53,935 nucleotides of DNA, taken from the NCBI GenBank assembly GCA_046583315.1, contig JAYGCN010000317.1, forward strand, positions 1 through 53,935, given 5' to 3'. Shown piece by piece: positions 1 to 9,653 of this stretch. The DNA comes from Candidatus Hydrogenedentota bacterium. GTDB lineage: Bacteria; Hydrogenedentota; Hydrogenedentia; Hydrogenedentales; GCA-2746185. A model generated the notes under the pieces. The model made no database searches and was not told where the DNA came from. It saw nothing but the letters and a program-made list of their open reading frames with translations. Within the stretch, counting starts at the first letter, position 1, and every line of letters begins with the position of its first letter. Both the position numbers and the translations under genes were made by a program.

Positions 1-1
1 T

Positions 2-57
2 TCAGGTGAGAGTCAGTTCGTAGCGCCTCTTAACACCGCCATTTTTTCCTTCTCACC
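2..57. repeat. tRNA-3'-end-like putative att site, copy A
   Basis: TCAGGTGAGAGTCAGTTCGTAGCGCCTCTTAACACCGCCA (2-41) has a GTTCG T-loop-like motif and ends CCGCCA. It is 30/40 identical, ungapped, to 17488-17527. GGTGAG (5-10) and CTCACC (52-57) form an inverted pair. It lies about 250 bp downstream of the recombinase remnant. Confidence 0.7.
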
Positions 58-304
58 TTGAGTTCCGCTTCACGAACCCACGAATCGCCCCATCCGCCCG
101 GACTGTCGGCACATTCCCAATCGAAGTTTTCTCCGAATCTGCGTCGAGAACAACTGATCTGCAACGATCTTGCCGAGATTCTCTGAAGGGGTAGCGCGAG
201 GTCCGGTTTGGCGGTATCTATGCTCTAGCCTGAATGGAATTAGAGAAGTGCAATGCTGTGTGAGTTTATGGGACGGCAGTGAAAGGCTACGCGGTGCTGC
301 CAGA

Positions 305-677
305 TTAACCTACGAATCCTAGCGCGTTACGCTGAGCGCTCCATGATAATGGGATTCGGGTTTGAATCAGTTTCTTGAGAGCGAGGCTTGCGGGTTGATT
401 TCCATCGAGAATTGACTCAACGATATCTGGTGCAAGATATGCGAGTGGAAGAAGCTTTCGGATGTATCGATCCGTGCATTTTTCTTGTTCGGCGATTTCT
501 TGGACTGACGCGATATCCCCTGAATCCAAACTCTCTCGCCAGCTGTGGGCGCGTGCGATATTTCGAAGGAGAATAGTATCTGGTTCTTTGGATTCAATTA
601 TAGGAGTTCCATCGGATGAAATGAGGGCCAGTTGTCGGGACCATTTGCACAGGGTCGTTTGAATTCGTACAAGTTCG
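305..677 (-). pseudogene. C-terminal remnant of a site-specific (serine) recombinase-associated protein
   Basis: LRNIARAHSWRESLDSGDIASVQEIAEQEKCTDRYIRKLLPLAYLAPDIVESILDGNQP...IPLSWSAQRNALGF matches the C-terminal pattern of genomic-island serine recombinases (ARAHxW...LAPDIVEAILDGxQP...W..QR..LGF). There is no catalytic N-terminus or credible start. Confidence 0.75.
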
Positions 678-884
678 AACCAGATAACCGAGTAACTCCT
701 CGGCGCTACTGGGCATGGATCGGTAACTATAGGTAATTGCCCCGATCTGTACACCGTTAAAACTTGAGTCGGGTTTGGCACTGCCCGCGGCGTAGAGCGA
801 GCGTGGAACCAATACGGATGCCGCGACGCCCACAGCACCGCCTATAAACGAACGTCTTGAAATTGGTACCCCGGGTCCTCGCAT
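678..884 (-). pseudogene. 5' fragment of a Tat-exported sugar phosphate isomerase/epimerase (TIM barrel) family gene
   Basis: RBS AGGAGA, ATG at 884, twin-arginine signal SRRSFIGG, then KPDSSFNGVQIGAITYSYRSMP, typical of this family's N-terminus. Homology stops after GYLV (about 678), where recombinase sequence begins. Confidence 0.65.
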
Positions 885-1160
885 TCGATATCTCCTTTTC
901 TGCAATTCGATCTGGTGGAGTGACGTGTTCGAAACTCAGGTTATGGATTGAGGATGATCTCGCCGACTTGATAATTGCTCTGCATGTGGTCTTTTGGCAG
1001 TCTATCAGATGGCGGATTCCAATTCGAGGCAAGTCCGGGAAAAAGCGTTGTATGGTATGCGCAGGGACATGCTTTTGACGTCACATTGTCTCGGCACGAT
1101 GATGGTGTGCTATTGTAATTGCTTACAATACGGTGGTGAGCTTTATCAAGGAAATCAACT

Positions 1161-2600
1161 ATGTCAATCAGTGAACAGACGGCTTTTTTAGATGCTACAG
1201 GTCAGGCGGAATTGGTACGCAAGGGCGAAGTCAGCGCGGAGGAATTGTTGGACGCTTCGATCGAGGGTGCGGAAAAACTCAATCCGGACCTCAATTTTAT
1301 CGTTACGCGCATGTATGACGAGGCGAAAGCTGCCATCCAGGCGGGGCTGCCAGATGGACCTTTTACGGGTGTGCCTTTCGTCTTGAAAGATCTTGGGCCT
1401 CAGTACGCTGGAGTGCCAACTTCTGCAGGGTCCAAGCTACTCGCGAATGTCGTTCCAGAGGTCGACAGTGCGCTGTGTAAAAAATATAAACAAGCGGGCC
1501 TGGTGATTTTTGCGAAGACGTTGACCCCGGAATTTGGATTCCAACCGACTACCGAACCGGACCTGCATGGACGCTGTAAAAATCCGTGGGATACGACCCG
1601 TATGGCAGGGGGATCGAGTGGCGGATCGGGATGTGCCGTGGCAGCCGGAGTGGTCTCGATGGGACACGGCAACGATGGTGGCGGATCGATACGGATCCCC
1701 GCTTCGTGTTGTGGACTATTCGGGTTGAAACCGACGCGCGCCCGTATTTCACAAGCCCCGATGCAAGGCGACAGTCGTAGTGGTCTTTCCAATGATCACG
1801 CGCTCACACGCAGTGTCCGGGATAGCGCAGCTCTCCTGGATGCGACCGAGGGTGCTGTGCTTGGTGATCCGTATGCCGCACCGCCAAAGGAACGCCCCTT
1901 TTTGGACGAGGTCACGACGGATCCCGGCCGTCTGCGGATTGCATATAACATAACCGCGCCTAACGGCAAACCGATTCATGACGACTGCATTCAGGCAACA
2001 CTCGATACGGTTAAGTTGTGCGAGGAATTGGGCCACGAAGTCGTGGAAGCCACCGCTGATTACGAAGGAATTGAAATGAGCCTTGCCTTTGTGACGATGT
2101 GGGAATGTGGTGCGCGATATGGAATTACTGCGGCCGCTGCACTTCTCGGGCGTGAACCGCGCGAGGATGACGTCGAGCCTTTATCCTGGGCACTGTACGA
2201 ACGCGGCGGGAATATCACGGGTGCACAATACCTGGCAGCGGTGAATCATATTCAAAAGGTCTCGCGCATCATCGCAGGATTTATGCAGGACTACGATGTT
2301 TTGTTGACGCCGACACTGGGCGAGCCGCCGGTACCCTTGGGTACCTTCGATGCAAAACCGGATAATCCAATTTATGGCTATTATCGTGCTGGAAAATTTG
2401 GGCCCTTCACCGCGGTGTACAACATGACGGGACAACCCGCGATGAGTGTTCCACTAAATTGGAACAGCGACGGCCTGCCGATCGGCAGCCACTTTGTCGG
2501 ACGCTTTGGCGATGAAGCCACTTTGTTTCGTTTAGCGGGGCAATTGGAATCAGCTCGACCCTGGGCGAATCGACGACCTCCGATCAATGTTTTGACGTAA
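1161..2600 (+). CDS. Amidase (amidase signature family)
   Basis: GVPFVLKDL, GGSSGGSG and GNDGGGSIRIPASCCG (Lys/cis-Ser/Ser triad motifs); 479 aa. Confidence 0.95.
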   Translation: MSISEQTAFLDATGQAELVRKGEVSAEELLDASIEGAEKLNPDLNFIVTRMYDEAKAAIQAGLPDGPFTGVPFVLKDLGPQYAGVPTSAGSKLLANVVPEVDSALCKKYKQAGLVIFAKTLTPEFGFQPTTEPDLHGRCKNPWDTTRMAGGSSGGSGCAVAAGVVSMGHGNDGGGSIRIPASCCGLFGLKPTRARISQAPMQGDSRSGLSNDHALTRSVRDSAALLDATEGAVLGDPYAAPPKERPFLDEVTTDPGRLRIAYNITAPNGKPIHDDCIQATLDTVKLCEELGHEVVEATADYEGIEMSLAFVTMWECGARYGITAAAALLGREPREDDVEPLSWALYERGGNITGAQYLAAVNHIQKVSRIIAGFMQDYDVLLTPTLGEPPVPLGTFDAKPDNPIYGYYRAGKFGPFTAVYNMTGQPAMSVPLNWNSDGLPIGSHFVGRFGDEATLFRLAGQLESARPWANRRPPINVLT

Positions 2601-2622
2601 AAGCCCGTACCCAGGGTCTTGT

Positions 2623-3432
2623 TTACGGTTTATTGAAAACGGGTTTTCGCTTTTCTTTGAATGCAGCGACACCTTCGTGGAAATTCGGAGTGTCGGTCAA
2701 TGACGGTTGCTTCTTGCGTTCATAGTCGAGCTGTTCGGACAGCGTAGAATGTTCGGCATGAGCAAAGGCTTTGCGGACTTCTCTGTACGTGTCTGTCGGG
2801 CCGTCCCGAAGTTGACTGGCAAGTGCAATCGCTTCCTCCATGAACGTCTCGTCGTCCACGCATTTCCAGATCAATCCCCATTCTTCAGCCTTTTCTGCGG
2901 TCAAGCGATCACCGAGCATCGCGAGACCCATGGCGCGTGCTCGCCCGACCAGATGGGGCAGGTGCCACGTGCTGCCCATGTCCGGTATAATCCCGAGATT
3001 CGGCACGAAGACTTGGATGAATTTAGCCGAGCGCGCCGCGATGACTATGTCTCCGGCCAAGGCAAATCCCATGCCGCCGCCGGCAGCCACGCCGTTCACC
3101 GCGACAACCACCGGCACACGGCAATCGTAAACGTCCTGGACCATCGGATTGAAACCAGTACGCATGCGCTCACCCGTTCGTTCACCTGTAGTCATGCCGT
3201 CGTTGTCAGTATCGGCTGCCGAGCTGCTTGTGAGGTCAGCACCGGAGCAGAATCCACGCCCCGCTCCAGTAATCAGCAGGACTCGTGCCGACGTGTCTTC
3301 GTTCACACATTTCATTGCTGCACGAACGTCTCTGATGAGATCCATGTTGATTGCATTGAGCGCATCAGGGCGATTCAGCGTGAGGGTGGCAATGCCGTCC
3401 GAGTTATCGAGCAGTACCGTTTCGAATTCCAT
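2623..3432 (-). CDS. Enoyl-CoA hydratase/isomerase (crotonase family, PaaG-like)
   Basis: LNRPDALNAI, GRGFCSGADL, AVNGVAAGGG, GIIPDMGSTWHLPHLVGRARAMGLAMLG and the C-terminal EGVAAFKEKRKPVF. Confidence 0.93.
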   Translation of the reverse strand: MEFETVLLDNSDGIATLTLNRPDALNAINMDLIRDVRAAMKCVNEDTSARVLLITGAGRGFCSGADLTSSSAADTDNDGMTTGERTGERMRTGFNPMVQDVYDCRVPVVVAVNGVAAGGGMGFALAGDIVIAARSAKFIQVFVPNLGIIPDMGSTWHLPHLVGRARAMGLAMLGDRLTAEKAEEWGLIWKCVDDETFMEEAIALASQLRDGPTDTYREVRKAFAHAEHSTLSEQLDYERKKQPSLTDTPNFHEGVAAFKEKRKPVFNKP

Positions 3433-3461
3433 TGAGGAGACTCCTGTTGTTGGCTGGTTCG

Positions 3462-4649
3462 CTATTGTAAGACGATCTTGCCGTCTGTAAGTTGTTGCAC
3501 TTCCGAATCACTATACCCGAGTTCGCCAAGAATCTCTGCACTGTGCTCGCCCAGCACCGGTGCGGGAAATTGGATACCGCCGGGTGTGGACTCGAAGTCG
3601 ACGGCTACGCCGATGGTACGTACCCGTCCGATTTTGTCATGGTGGATGACAGGATTCATGTTCATGGCGGTGACTTGCGGGTCATCGAAAAATTCATCGT
3701 AGCTGAGGATGGGGCTGCACGGCACGTTTTCGGCCACGAGTAACTCGATCCATTCGGCCAAGGGACGCTTCGCGAGGCACTTTTCGATTTCGAGTGTGAG
3801 TTCGTCGGCGTTGGCTGAACGTCCGGCGGTGGTTTGATACCGCGGGTCGTCGGCGAGTTCGGGTGCTCCAAGTACGGCACACAGAATCTTCCAGAACTTG
3901 AGCGTTGGGGCGCTGAGATGGATAAGACCGTCTTGTCCCTGAAAAATTTTGTTGGGGAACAAGCCCGTAACGCCTTCGGGTTCGGTATCCGGTATGTCGA
4001 GAAAAGAATGGCTTTGCACGGTCATGACGCCTTGCATAAGCGAGGTCTTGACGTGCTGTCCCTTACCGGTTTGTGTACGACTGAATAACGCAGCATTGAC
4101 GCCCGCCACCACGAGCAGCGCGGTGGAATAGTCGGCGACGGCTACCGAGCAGATACCCACGTTACCGACGTAGGTCTCGTTTCCTTTAGCCGCACCGCTC
4201 ATGGCTTGCAGAATCGGATCATACGCCGGGCGCTGTTGATACGGGCCTTTGTCGCCGTAAGCAGTGACCGAACAGTAGATAATATCCGGTTTCGTTTTGC
4301 GCACCGTCTCGTAGTCAATACGCAATCGTTGCGTAATGCCCACGCGAAAATTTTCGATGATGACATCTGCAGTGGCTACCAGTTTCTCAAAAATTCCTAA
4401 CCCGTCATCGGTTTTTAGGTCGACTGATATGCTGCGTTTGTTCCGGTTCCAAGCCTGAAACATTCTGCCTTCACCGTTGTAAAACGGCCCCCATTGCCGG
4501 GACTGGTCACCGGTATGCGGTTCGACCTTGATCACCTCTGCACCCATATCACCGAGTAAGGTGGCTGCGAAGGCACCCGAAACCGCTGTGGAGCAGTCGA
4601 GTATGCGGATGCCGGAGAGTGGCCCTTGAGCTGATTGATTCTCATTCAT
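3462..4649 (-). CDS. Family III CoA transferase (CaiB/BaiF)
   Basis: GPLSGIRILD, LGDMGAEVIKVE, NRNKRSI, ENFRVG, catalytic Asp in VADYSTA, APVLGEHS. Start moved to ATG 4649, since the longer ORF overlaps the upstream gene. Confidence 0.93.
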   Translation of the reverse strand: MNENQSAQGPLSGIRILDCSTAVSGAFAATLLGDMGAEVIKVEPHTGDQSRQWGPFYNGEGRMFQAWNRNKRSISVDLKTDDGLGIFEKLVATADVIIENFRVGITQRLRIDYETVRKTKPDIIYCSVTAYGDKGPYQQRPAYDPILQAMSGAAKGNETYVGNVGICSVAVADYSTALLVVAGVNAALFSRTQTGKGQHVKTSLMQGVMTVQSHSFLDIPDTEPEGVTGLFPNKIFQGQDGLIHLSAPTLKFWKILCAVLGAPELADDPRYQTTAGRSANADELTLEIEKCLAKRPLAEWIELLVAENVPCSPILSYDEFFDDPQVTAMNMNPVIHHDKIGRVRTIGVAVDFESTPGGIQFPAPVLGEHSAEILGELGYSDSEVQQLTDGKIVLQ

Positions 4650-4668
4650 AGTGTGATTTTCCGAACGG

Positions 4669-5517
4669 TTAATCCTGTGGGATGACAATGCGGTAGAGGA
4701 CTTGCCCTCGAGCAACGGTCCGATTGGTGGACGCTGTTGCGACTTCGACTTGGGTCCAGAAAATTTCGCGGTCCCGTTGTTCTATGCGCCCGTATGCGAC
4801 GAGTTCTTCACCTTCTACCCAGTCGACCATTTGCGCGTGTACGCCGACGGTAGAGGCTTTGAACTTTCCCGGGCCTGTTTCTGCCCAGGCCGCCATGGCA
4901 CCTGTGGTATCGAGATGGGCGAGAATGGCGCCCTCATGGACACCGCCAGCGGCATCGGCATTGATGTCGATAAAGGGCATGTTGATACGCGATGTACCGC
5001 CAGCCATGTGCTGCACATCCAGACCGAGTCTACCGATGAAGGGGACGCGTCCTGGAAGAGCTGGGCCCATTGCGCCAGGGTCGGACTCACCGTGGTCACC
5101 CGCGAAAATTACGGGCTCCGATCCAGTGTCGCCGAATCGCCCACGGACGGTACAGAGACCGCGGGATACTGGCTTGCCGGATTCGGTATGCACGTTTACT
5201 TCGAGAAAACAGATTTCCTTGCCTCGGCGAAGTAATTTGGTGTCGGCTATGATGGGCTCTCCAATGGCGGCGGCCAGATAGGTTATTTGAATGGATGCGG
5301 TGTGGATACGTTTTGCCTCTTCGCCGAGTGAAACTTCGGAGACGGCCAGGCTGCCGATATCAATCATTGAAGCTGCGACGCCGCCATGCAGGGCATCACC
5401 CGGGTTAGCATTTTCTGCCTTAAACGGAAGCCGCATGCGTGCACTCTCACCATCCAGAGAATCTATCTCCACGCCCAGACGTTGTGCATAGGGAGAATTG
5501 TCGAGAAATGTTTTCAT
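4669..5517 (-). CDS. Tandem (double) hot-dog fold PaaI-like thioesterase
   Basis: Two PaaI-like repeats: NPGDALHGGVAASMID and DAAGGVHEGAILAHLD. Confidence 0.85.
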   Translation of the reverse strand: MKTFLDNSPYAQRLGVEIDSLDGESARMRLPFKAENANPGDALHGGVAASMIDIGSLAVSEVSLGEEAKRIHTASIQITYLAAAIGEPIIADTKLLRRGKEICFLEVNVHTESGKPVSRGLCTVRGRFGDTGSEPVIFAGDHGESDPGAMGPALPGRVPFIGRLGLDVQHMAGGTSRINMPFIDINADAAGGVHEGAILAHLDTTGAMAAWAETGPGKFKASTVGVHAQMVDWVEGEELVAYGRIEQRDREIFWTQVEVATASTNRTVARGQVLYRIVIPQD

Positions 5518-5564
5518 AAATGTGTAATCCTTTTGATTGAGAATTCCGGATCGATTTGTCGGTC

Positions 5565-6671
5565 TTAACTGAGTTCAGGCAATAGACAGGAATGAACGCT
5601 GGCATCGCCGTCTATCTCGCCAGCCAAAGTCTGTATCGCCAGTTCGGCTTGTTCCAGCGGGAAATCGTGGGTGTGCATCGCCTCCAGCGGAACCTTGCCA
5701 GATTCGATCAGTCGAATCGCGGATTTGTAACCTTTTGAAGTCACACCGATCGCACCGAAGATCGTTATTTCCTTGCCCACGATGATGTCGCTGTTGAAAT
5801 TCGGGACGTCTTTTTGTCCTTTGACACCGGCGAGAACGATACGCCCGCCAAGGGCCACATAGTGCAACGATTCCGCGACGGGTTCAGTGGAATTGGCCGT
5901 TACTTCGACGACCACATCCGCACCGCGACCATTGGTCAGCTCTTTCACACGCCGCCGCGCATTTTCTTCATCGACGACGATCGTATAATTCGCTCCATAC
6001 TTTTTTGCGAGTTCCAGTTTCGGTGCATCGCTCGCCAAGCCGGTCACGATTATCGTGTCCGCACCTGCTGCTTTACACGCGATAACGCTCGCGAGACCAC
6101 GCTGGCCCGGACCCAAAATCAACACCGTATCACCGGGACCGGTCTGTGGGATTTCCACCGCCCAGCGAAATCCCGCTCCCAGTGGGTTGAACATTACAGC
6201 GATATTGGCGGGAAGGTCTTTGCTTATTTTGTGAACAATGGAATGAGGGTCAAGGTGCATGTAATCCGCGTAGGCACCCCAAAGGCCCGAGCCGGTCGTA
6301 ATGGGCACGTAGGAATATCCGAACAGTCGATTGCCTCGGCCGCGACACAGATTGTATCTGCCGCCGACACACGTGGGACAGAATCCGCACGGAATCATGG
6401 TTTCGACCGCCACACGATCACCGACATCGACGCCCCAGCGTTGTGCGGCCTTGTCGCCAATCTTTTCGATGATACCCAAGGGTTCATGGCCGGGAATCAG
6501 CGGCCAGGGAACCTTCAGTACGCCGTTGTATTGTTCGGCATCGCTACCGCAAATTCCGCACGCTTCCACGCGAAGAATGGCTGACTCGTCGTCGATATCG
6601 GGAATGGGCATGTCGCGCATTTCGAGAGCGCGCGGCCCGGTCTGTACGACCGCTCTGGTTTTGTCGGCCAT
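5565..6671 (-). CDS. Zn-dependent alcohol dehydrogenase (MDR family)
   Basis: ACGICGSD, GHE, structural Zn motif CGFCPTC...C and Rossmann GPGQRG. TAATG overlap with the upstream gene. Confidence 0.92.
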   Translation of the reverse strand: MADKTRAVVQTGPRALEMRDMPIPDIDDESAILRVEACGICGSDAEQYNGVLKVPWPLIPGHEPLGIIEKIGDKAAQRWGVDVGDRVAVETMIPCGFCPTCVGGRYNLCRGRGNRLFGYSYVPITTGSGLWGAYADYMHLDPHSIVHKISKDLPANIAVMFNPLGAGFRWAVEIPQTGPGDTVLILGPGQRGLASVIACKAAGADTIIVTGLASDAPKLELAKKYGANYTIVVDEENARRRVKELTNGRGADVVVEVTANSTEPVAESLHYVALGGRIVLAGVKGQKDVPNFNSDIIVGKEITIFGAIGVTSKGYKSAIRLIESGKVPLEAMHTHDFPLEQAELAIQTLAGEIDGDASVHSCLLPELS

Positions 6672-7204
6672 TAGTCTGTCTCCCGTGGTTCTTCAAGGTC
6701 CAGTTGCAACGCAAGAGCAAACTTCGATACACAGTTCCAGTTGCCAATACAGAACGTTATCTCAACCATTTCCCGGTCAGAGAAATGCTCGCGCAACGCA
6801 TTGAACAGGGTATCGTCTACCGGTTGATCGCGCGTGACATGCTCAGTGTAGCGTAACATCAAGCGTTCGCATTCATTGAACGCGTCACTGGTTTCAAATT
6901 CTTCTATATCCGAAATCTGTTGTTCTGGAACATCCAACCGCTTCGAGATTCGGACATGTTCAATGAATCCGTACTCGAATCCCGTTATCTTGAACAATCG
7001 CAACAGTATTAATTCACGAAGATGATGGTTCAATTCAAGTTTGGTGTTGAGCGTCATCATCATCGTCCACCAATCGCGAAGCAATTCAGGGCTGTGTCCG
7101 ATCATCCGAATAGGATTTAGGACCCGCCCCGCCTTTCGGGCGGTATCTTCGTAAGTCGGTTTAGCGATATCGCTGGGCTCGTCTAGGTAGGGTAAGCGTG
7201 CCAT
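6671..7204 (-). CDS. Carboxymuconolactone decarboxylase/AhpD-like family protein
   Basis: MARLPY, HSPELL, LRELILLR, FNECERLML, LREHFSDREMVEIT pattern. No CxxC. Confidence 0.8.
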   Translation of the reverse strand: MARLPYLDEPSDIAKPTYEDTARKAGRVLNPIRMIGHSPELLRDWWTMMMTLNTKLELNHHLRELILLRLFKITGFEYGFIEHVRISKRLDVPEQQISDIEEFETSDAFNECERLMLRYTEHVTRDQPVDDTLFNALREHFSDREMVEITFCIGNWNCVSKFALALQLDLEEPRETD

Positions 7205-7287
7205 GTCATTAATCTCCTGCTGTACGGGCCAAGGTCATTTTCTTTACGCTGCGGCTTCTGAAAATCTCGTGCTAGTTCTTGCGCCGT

Positions 7288-7968
7288 TTATTTCATGAGA
7301 TCGGCCAGATCGGTTTCACTTAGAGCAAGATCGGTGCGCGCCTCGTTTGTACCGAAACCGTTCATCAACACACTCAGAATATCGATCGCCTGCGCCGTGA
7401 GATTGCTCCGATTCTCGTGGAATTTGTTGAGAAAGATGGCCCCGTAAATCAGGTTCGCGAGAGTGTCCAGCATCATGTCGATATCCATGTGTCGGAAATA
7501 GCCTTTCGCGATCAGTTTTTCCATCAGGCTTCGCCAGAGACTGGCATCGGAAGCCCGTTGCGCCAGATAGGTGGGACTTTCGCGATCGCTGAATTTCGCA
7601 CGCTCGTGCATCAATAATTCGATGGCGTGAGGGTTCTCGTGAAAGAACGACATAAAGGCATTTAGCGCACGCGCGAATTGGAGCAATGCGTCATCGCCTT
7701 TAACGTAGGCCGCCATCACCTGTTCGCGCAGCCGATGCACTTCGCGATCCAACGCCGCCAGGAACAGTTTCTCCTTGGATGGGAAATATCGGTAGATTGT
7801 TCCCTTGCTGATATCCAACGTTGACGCAATTCGCTCTACATCCGTATTTGCATAGCCGAAGTTCGCAAATGCTCGTGAGGCGGAGTGCAGGATTTCTTCC
7901 TTGCGACGTGCGATAAGTTGGTCATCGCGCTTTCGACCTCGTGTTTCTATTTTTACCTCAGACGCCAT
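7288..7968 (-). CDS. TetR/AcrR family transcriptional regulator
   Basis: HTH ILHSASRAFANFGYANTDVERIASTLDISKGTIYRYFPSKEKLF; likely start at ATG 7968. Confidence 0.93.
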   Translation of the reverse strand: MASEVKIETRGRKRDDQLIARRKEEILHSASRAFANFGYANTDVERIASTLDISKGTIYRYFPSKEKLFLAALDREVHRLREQVMAAYVKGDDALLQFARALNAFMSFFHENPHAIELLMHERAKFSDRESPTYLAQRASDASLWRSLMEKLIAKGYFRHMDIDMMLDTLANLIYGAIFLNKFHENRSNLTAQAIDILSVLMNGFGTNEARTDLALSETDLADLMK

Positions 7969-8042
7969 AGCCCGGCCCTTTATATTTTGGTGTTCGTCAA
8001 TAATACGGCACTTTTCGGACAAACAGAACGTATTTATTTTTT

Positions 8043-8073
8043 ATTGACGTACGCGTCAGTTATGTTATAACAT
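8043..8073 (+). promoter_or_regulatory. Sigma70-like promoter overlapped by palindromic operator(s)
   Basis: TTGACG (8044-8049), 16-nt spacer, TG-n-TATAAC (8066-8071). Imperfect palindrome ATTGACGTACGCGTCAGT (8043-8060) and perfect palindrome ATGTTATAACAT (8062-8073) lie between divergent tetR and monooxygenase genes. Confidence 0.65.
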
Positions 8074-8119
8074 GCCATTATTCGGGATGTCAATACATGC
8101 CGAACGGGAATCAGTGAAA

Positions 8120-9589
8120 ATGGAAGAAGAGACCAATTCGAACCAGCGTCACCTCCGGATCGCAATATTCGGTGCCGGTGCCTCAGGCCTGCTCGCGGCC
8201 ATCAAGTTACGCGAAATGGGTCTGGAAGACCTAACCATTTTCGAAAAGGCAGGCGACCTTGGCGGCACGTGGCGCGAAAATCGTTATCCCGGATTGTCTT
8301 GCGATGTGCCGTCCCATGCGTATCGCTATTCATTTGCGCCGAACCCTGAATGGAGCCACATGTGTTCGCCGGGTCATGAGATTCAGGCTTACTTGAAAGA
8401 CATCGCTGAACGCTACGAGCTTGAAAACATTATCAAGTACAACAACGAAGTGATTCGTGCGAATTTCGCAGATGGAAAGTGGCATCTCGAAAGTGTCGAA
8501 GGCTCACAGGGAAGTTTCGACGCAGTGATCACGGCAACCGGATTACTCCATCATCCGGTATATCCTGACATTCCGGGCCTAGATGACTTCGACGGGCCCA
8601 TGTTTCACACGGCGCGCTGGGACGATGCCGCGACGCTCGAGGGCAAACGCGTGGGCATTATTGGAGCGGGGTCGACATCTGTCCAGATCACAAGTGCTAT
8701 CGTTGACCAGGTAAGCAAGCTCTCCATTTTTCAGCGCACGGCGCAATGGATTTTTCCGCTACCGAATACGCCGATATCCGAAGAGCAAAAACAATCTTAC
8801 CGCGATGATCCCTTGTTGATGCAAGAAGAATATGATCGTATTTCGCATGAGAACAACACCAAATTTGCTGCGGCGGTTGTTGGTGAAAACCCGCGGGCCT
8901 ATCAAAAACTTTTCGCGTTGTGCCAAGAGAATCTGGAATGTGTCAGGGACCCCGAGTTACGCGCTAAACTGACCCCCGATTATGAAATGGGTTGTAAACG
9001 CCTCGTCATGTCCGACACCTTCTATGAAGCGATCCAGCATACGAACGCCGAGCTAGTCACCGATGATATCGAGCTAATCGAAGCAGGCGGCATACGCACG
9101 AAAGATGGTCGATTGCACGAACTTGATGTGTTGGTTTTGGCCACCGGTTTTGATACACACAAGCCCCTGGGTTCAATGACAGTCACCGGACCCGATAATT
9201 ACACGCTTGAGGAAGCCTGGTCTCAAGGCAATCAGGGATATATGACCACTAGCGTACCGGGTTTTCCCAATTGGTTCATGATTGGGGGACCAAACAGCCC
9301 TATCGGCAACTTTTCGTGGTTGTTGACCGCGGAAACCCAATTTGCCTATATCGCCCAACTGATCGAGAAGCTTCACATAGACGGTGTGGCAACGATTGTG
9401 CCGACGGCCAAAGCCGCTACTGATTTCAACAATGCCGTACAAGCGAAAATTCCGGACACTATATGGGCCACAGGTTGTTCGAGTTGGTATCTGGATAAGC
9501 ATGGGCGTGTCGGCTCGTGGCCATGGACTTTTGATGAATTCCAATCCAAGCTGTCCAAGCCAAAATGGGGCGATTTCGAACTCGTTTGA
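8120..9589 (+). CDS. Flavin-containing monooxygenase (Baeyer-Villiger type)
   Basis: GAGASG, GGTWRENRYPGLSCDVP, BVMO fingerprint FDGPMFHTARWD, second GAGSTS, LATGF. Start placed at ATG 8120 because ATG 8072 sits directly after the -10 box. Confidence 0.92.
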   Translation: MEEETNSNQRHLRIAIFGAGASGLLAAIKLREMGLEDLTIFEKAGDLGGTWRENRYPGLSCDVPSHAYRYSFAPNPEWSHMCSPGHEIQAYLKDIAERYELENIIKYNNEVIRANFADGKWHLESVEGSQGSFDAVITATGLLHHPVYPDIPGLDDFDGPMFHTARWDDAATLEGKRVGIIGAGSTSVQITSAIVDQVSKLSIFQRTAQWIFPLPNTPISEEQKQSYRDDPLLMQEEYDRISHENNTKFAAAVVGENPRAYQKLFALCQENLECVRDPELRAKLTPDYEMGCKRLVMSDTFYEAIQHTNAELVTDDIELIEAGGIRTKDGRLHELDVLVLATGFDTHKPLGSMTVTGPDNYTLEEAWSQGNQGYMTTSVPGFPNWFMIGGPNSPIGNFSWLLTAETQFAYIAQLIEKLHIDGVATIVPTAKAATDFNNAVQAKIPDTIWATGCSSWYLDKHGRVGSWPWTFDEFQSKLSKPKWGDFELV

Positions 9590-9624
9590 ATCATAAGAAC
9601 TTCGAATCTGTTACTGATGTTTCG

Positions 9625-9653
9625 GCCCTGGAATCAGGCTTCGATTCCAGGGC
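9625..9653. terminator. Hairpin between convergent genes (probable bidirectional terminator)
   Basis: GCCCTGGAATC-aggcttc-GATTCCAGGGC, a perfect 11-bp stem. Confidence 0.6.

Noticed and set aside
1..41. Functional tRNA gene running off the window edge
   Set aside because: The bases flanking GTTCG do not pair as a T stem and the distance to CCA is 2 nt too long. The homologous copy at 17488 is preceded by the TTCCCTG arm, not by a tRNA body.
2623..5517. Phenylacetate (paa) pathway
   Set aside because: Only PaaG-like and PaaI-like folds are present; paaABCE, paaK and paaZ are absent.
8043..8070. dif site (TTATGTTATAA resembles the XerD arm)
   Set aside because: The left arm ATTGACGTACG lacks the XerC ...ATAA end; promoter/operator context explains it better.
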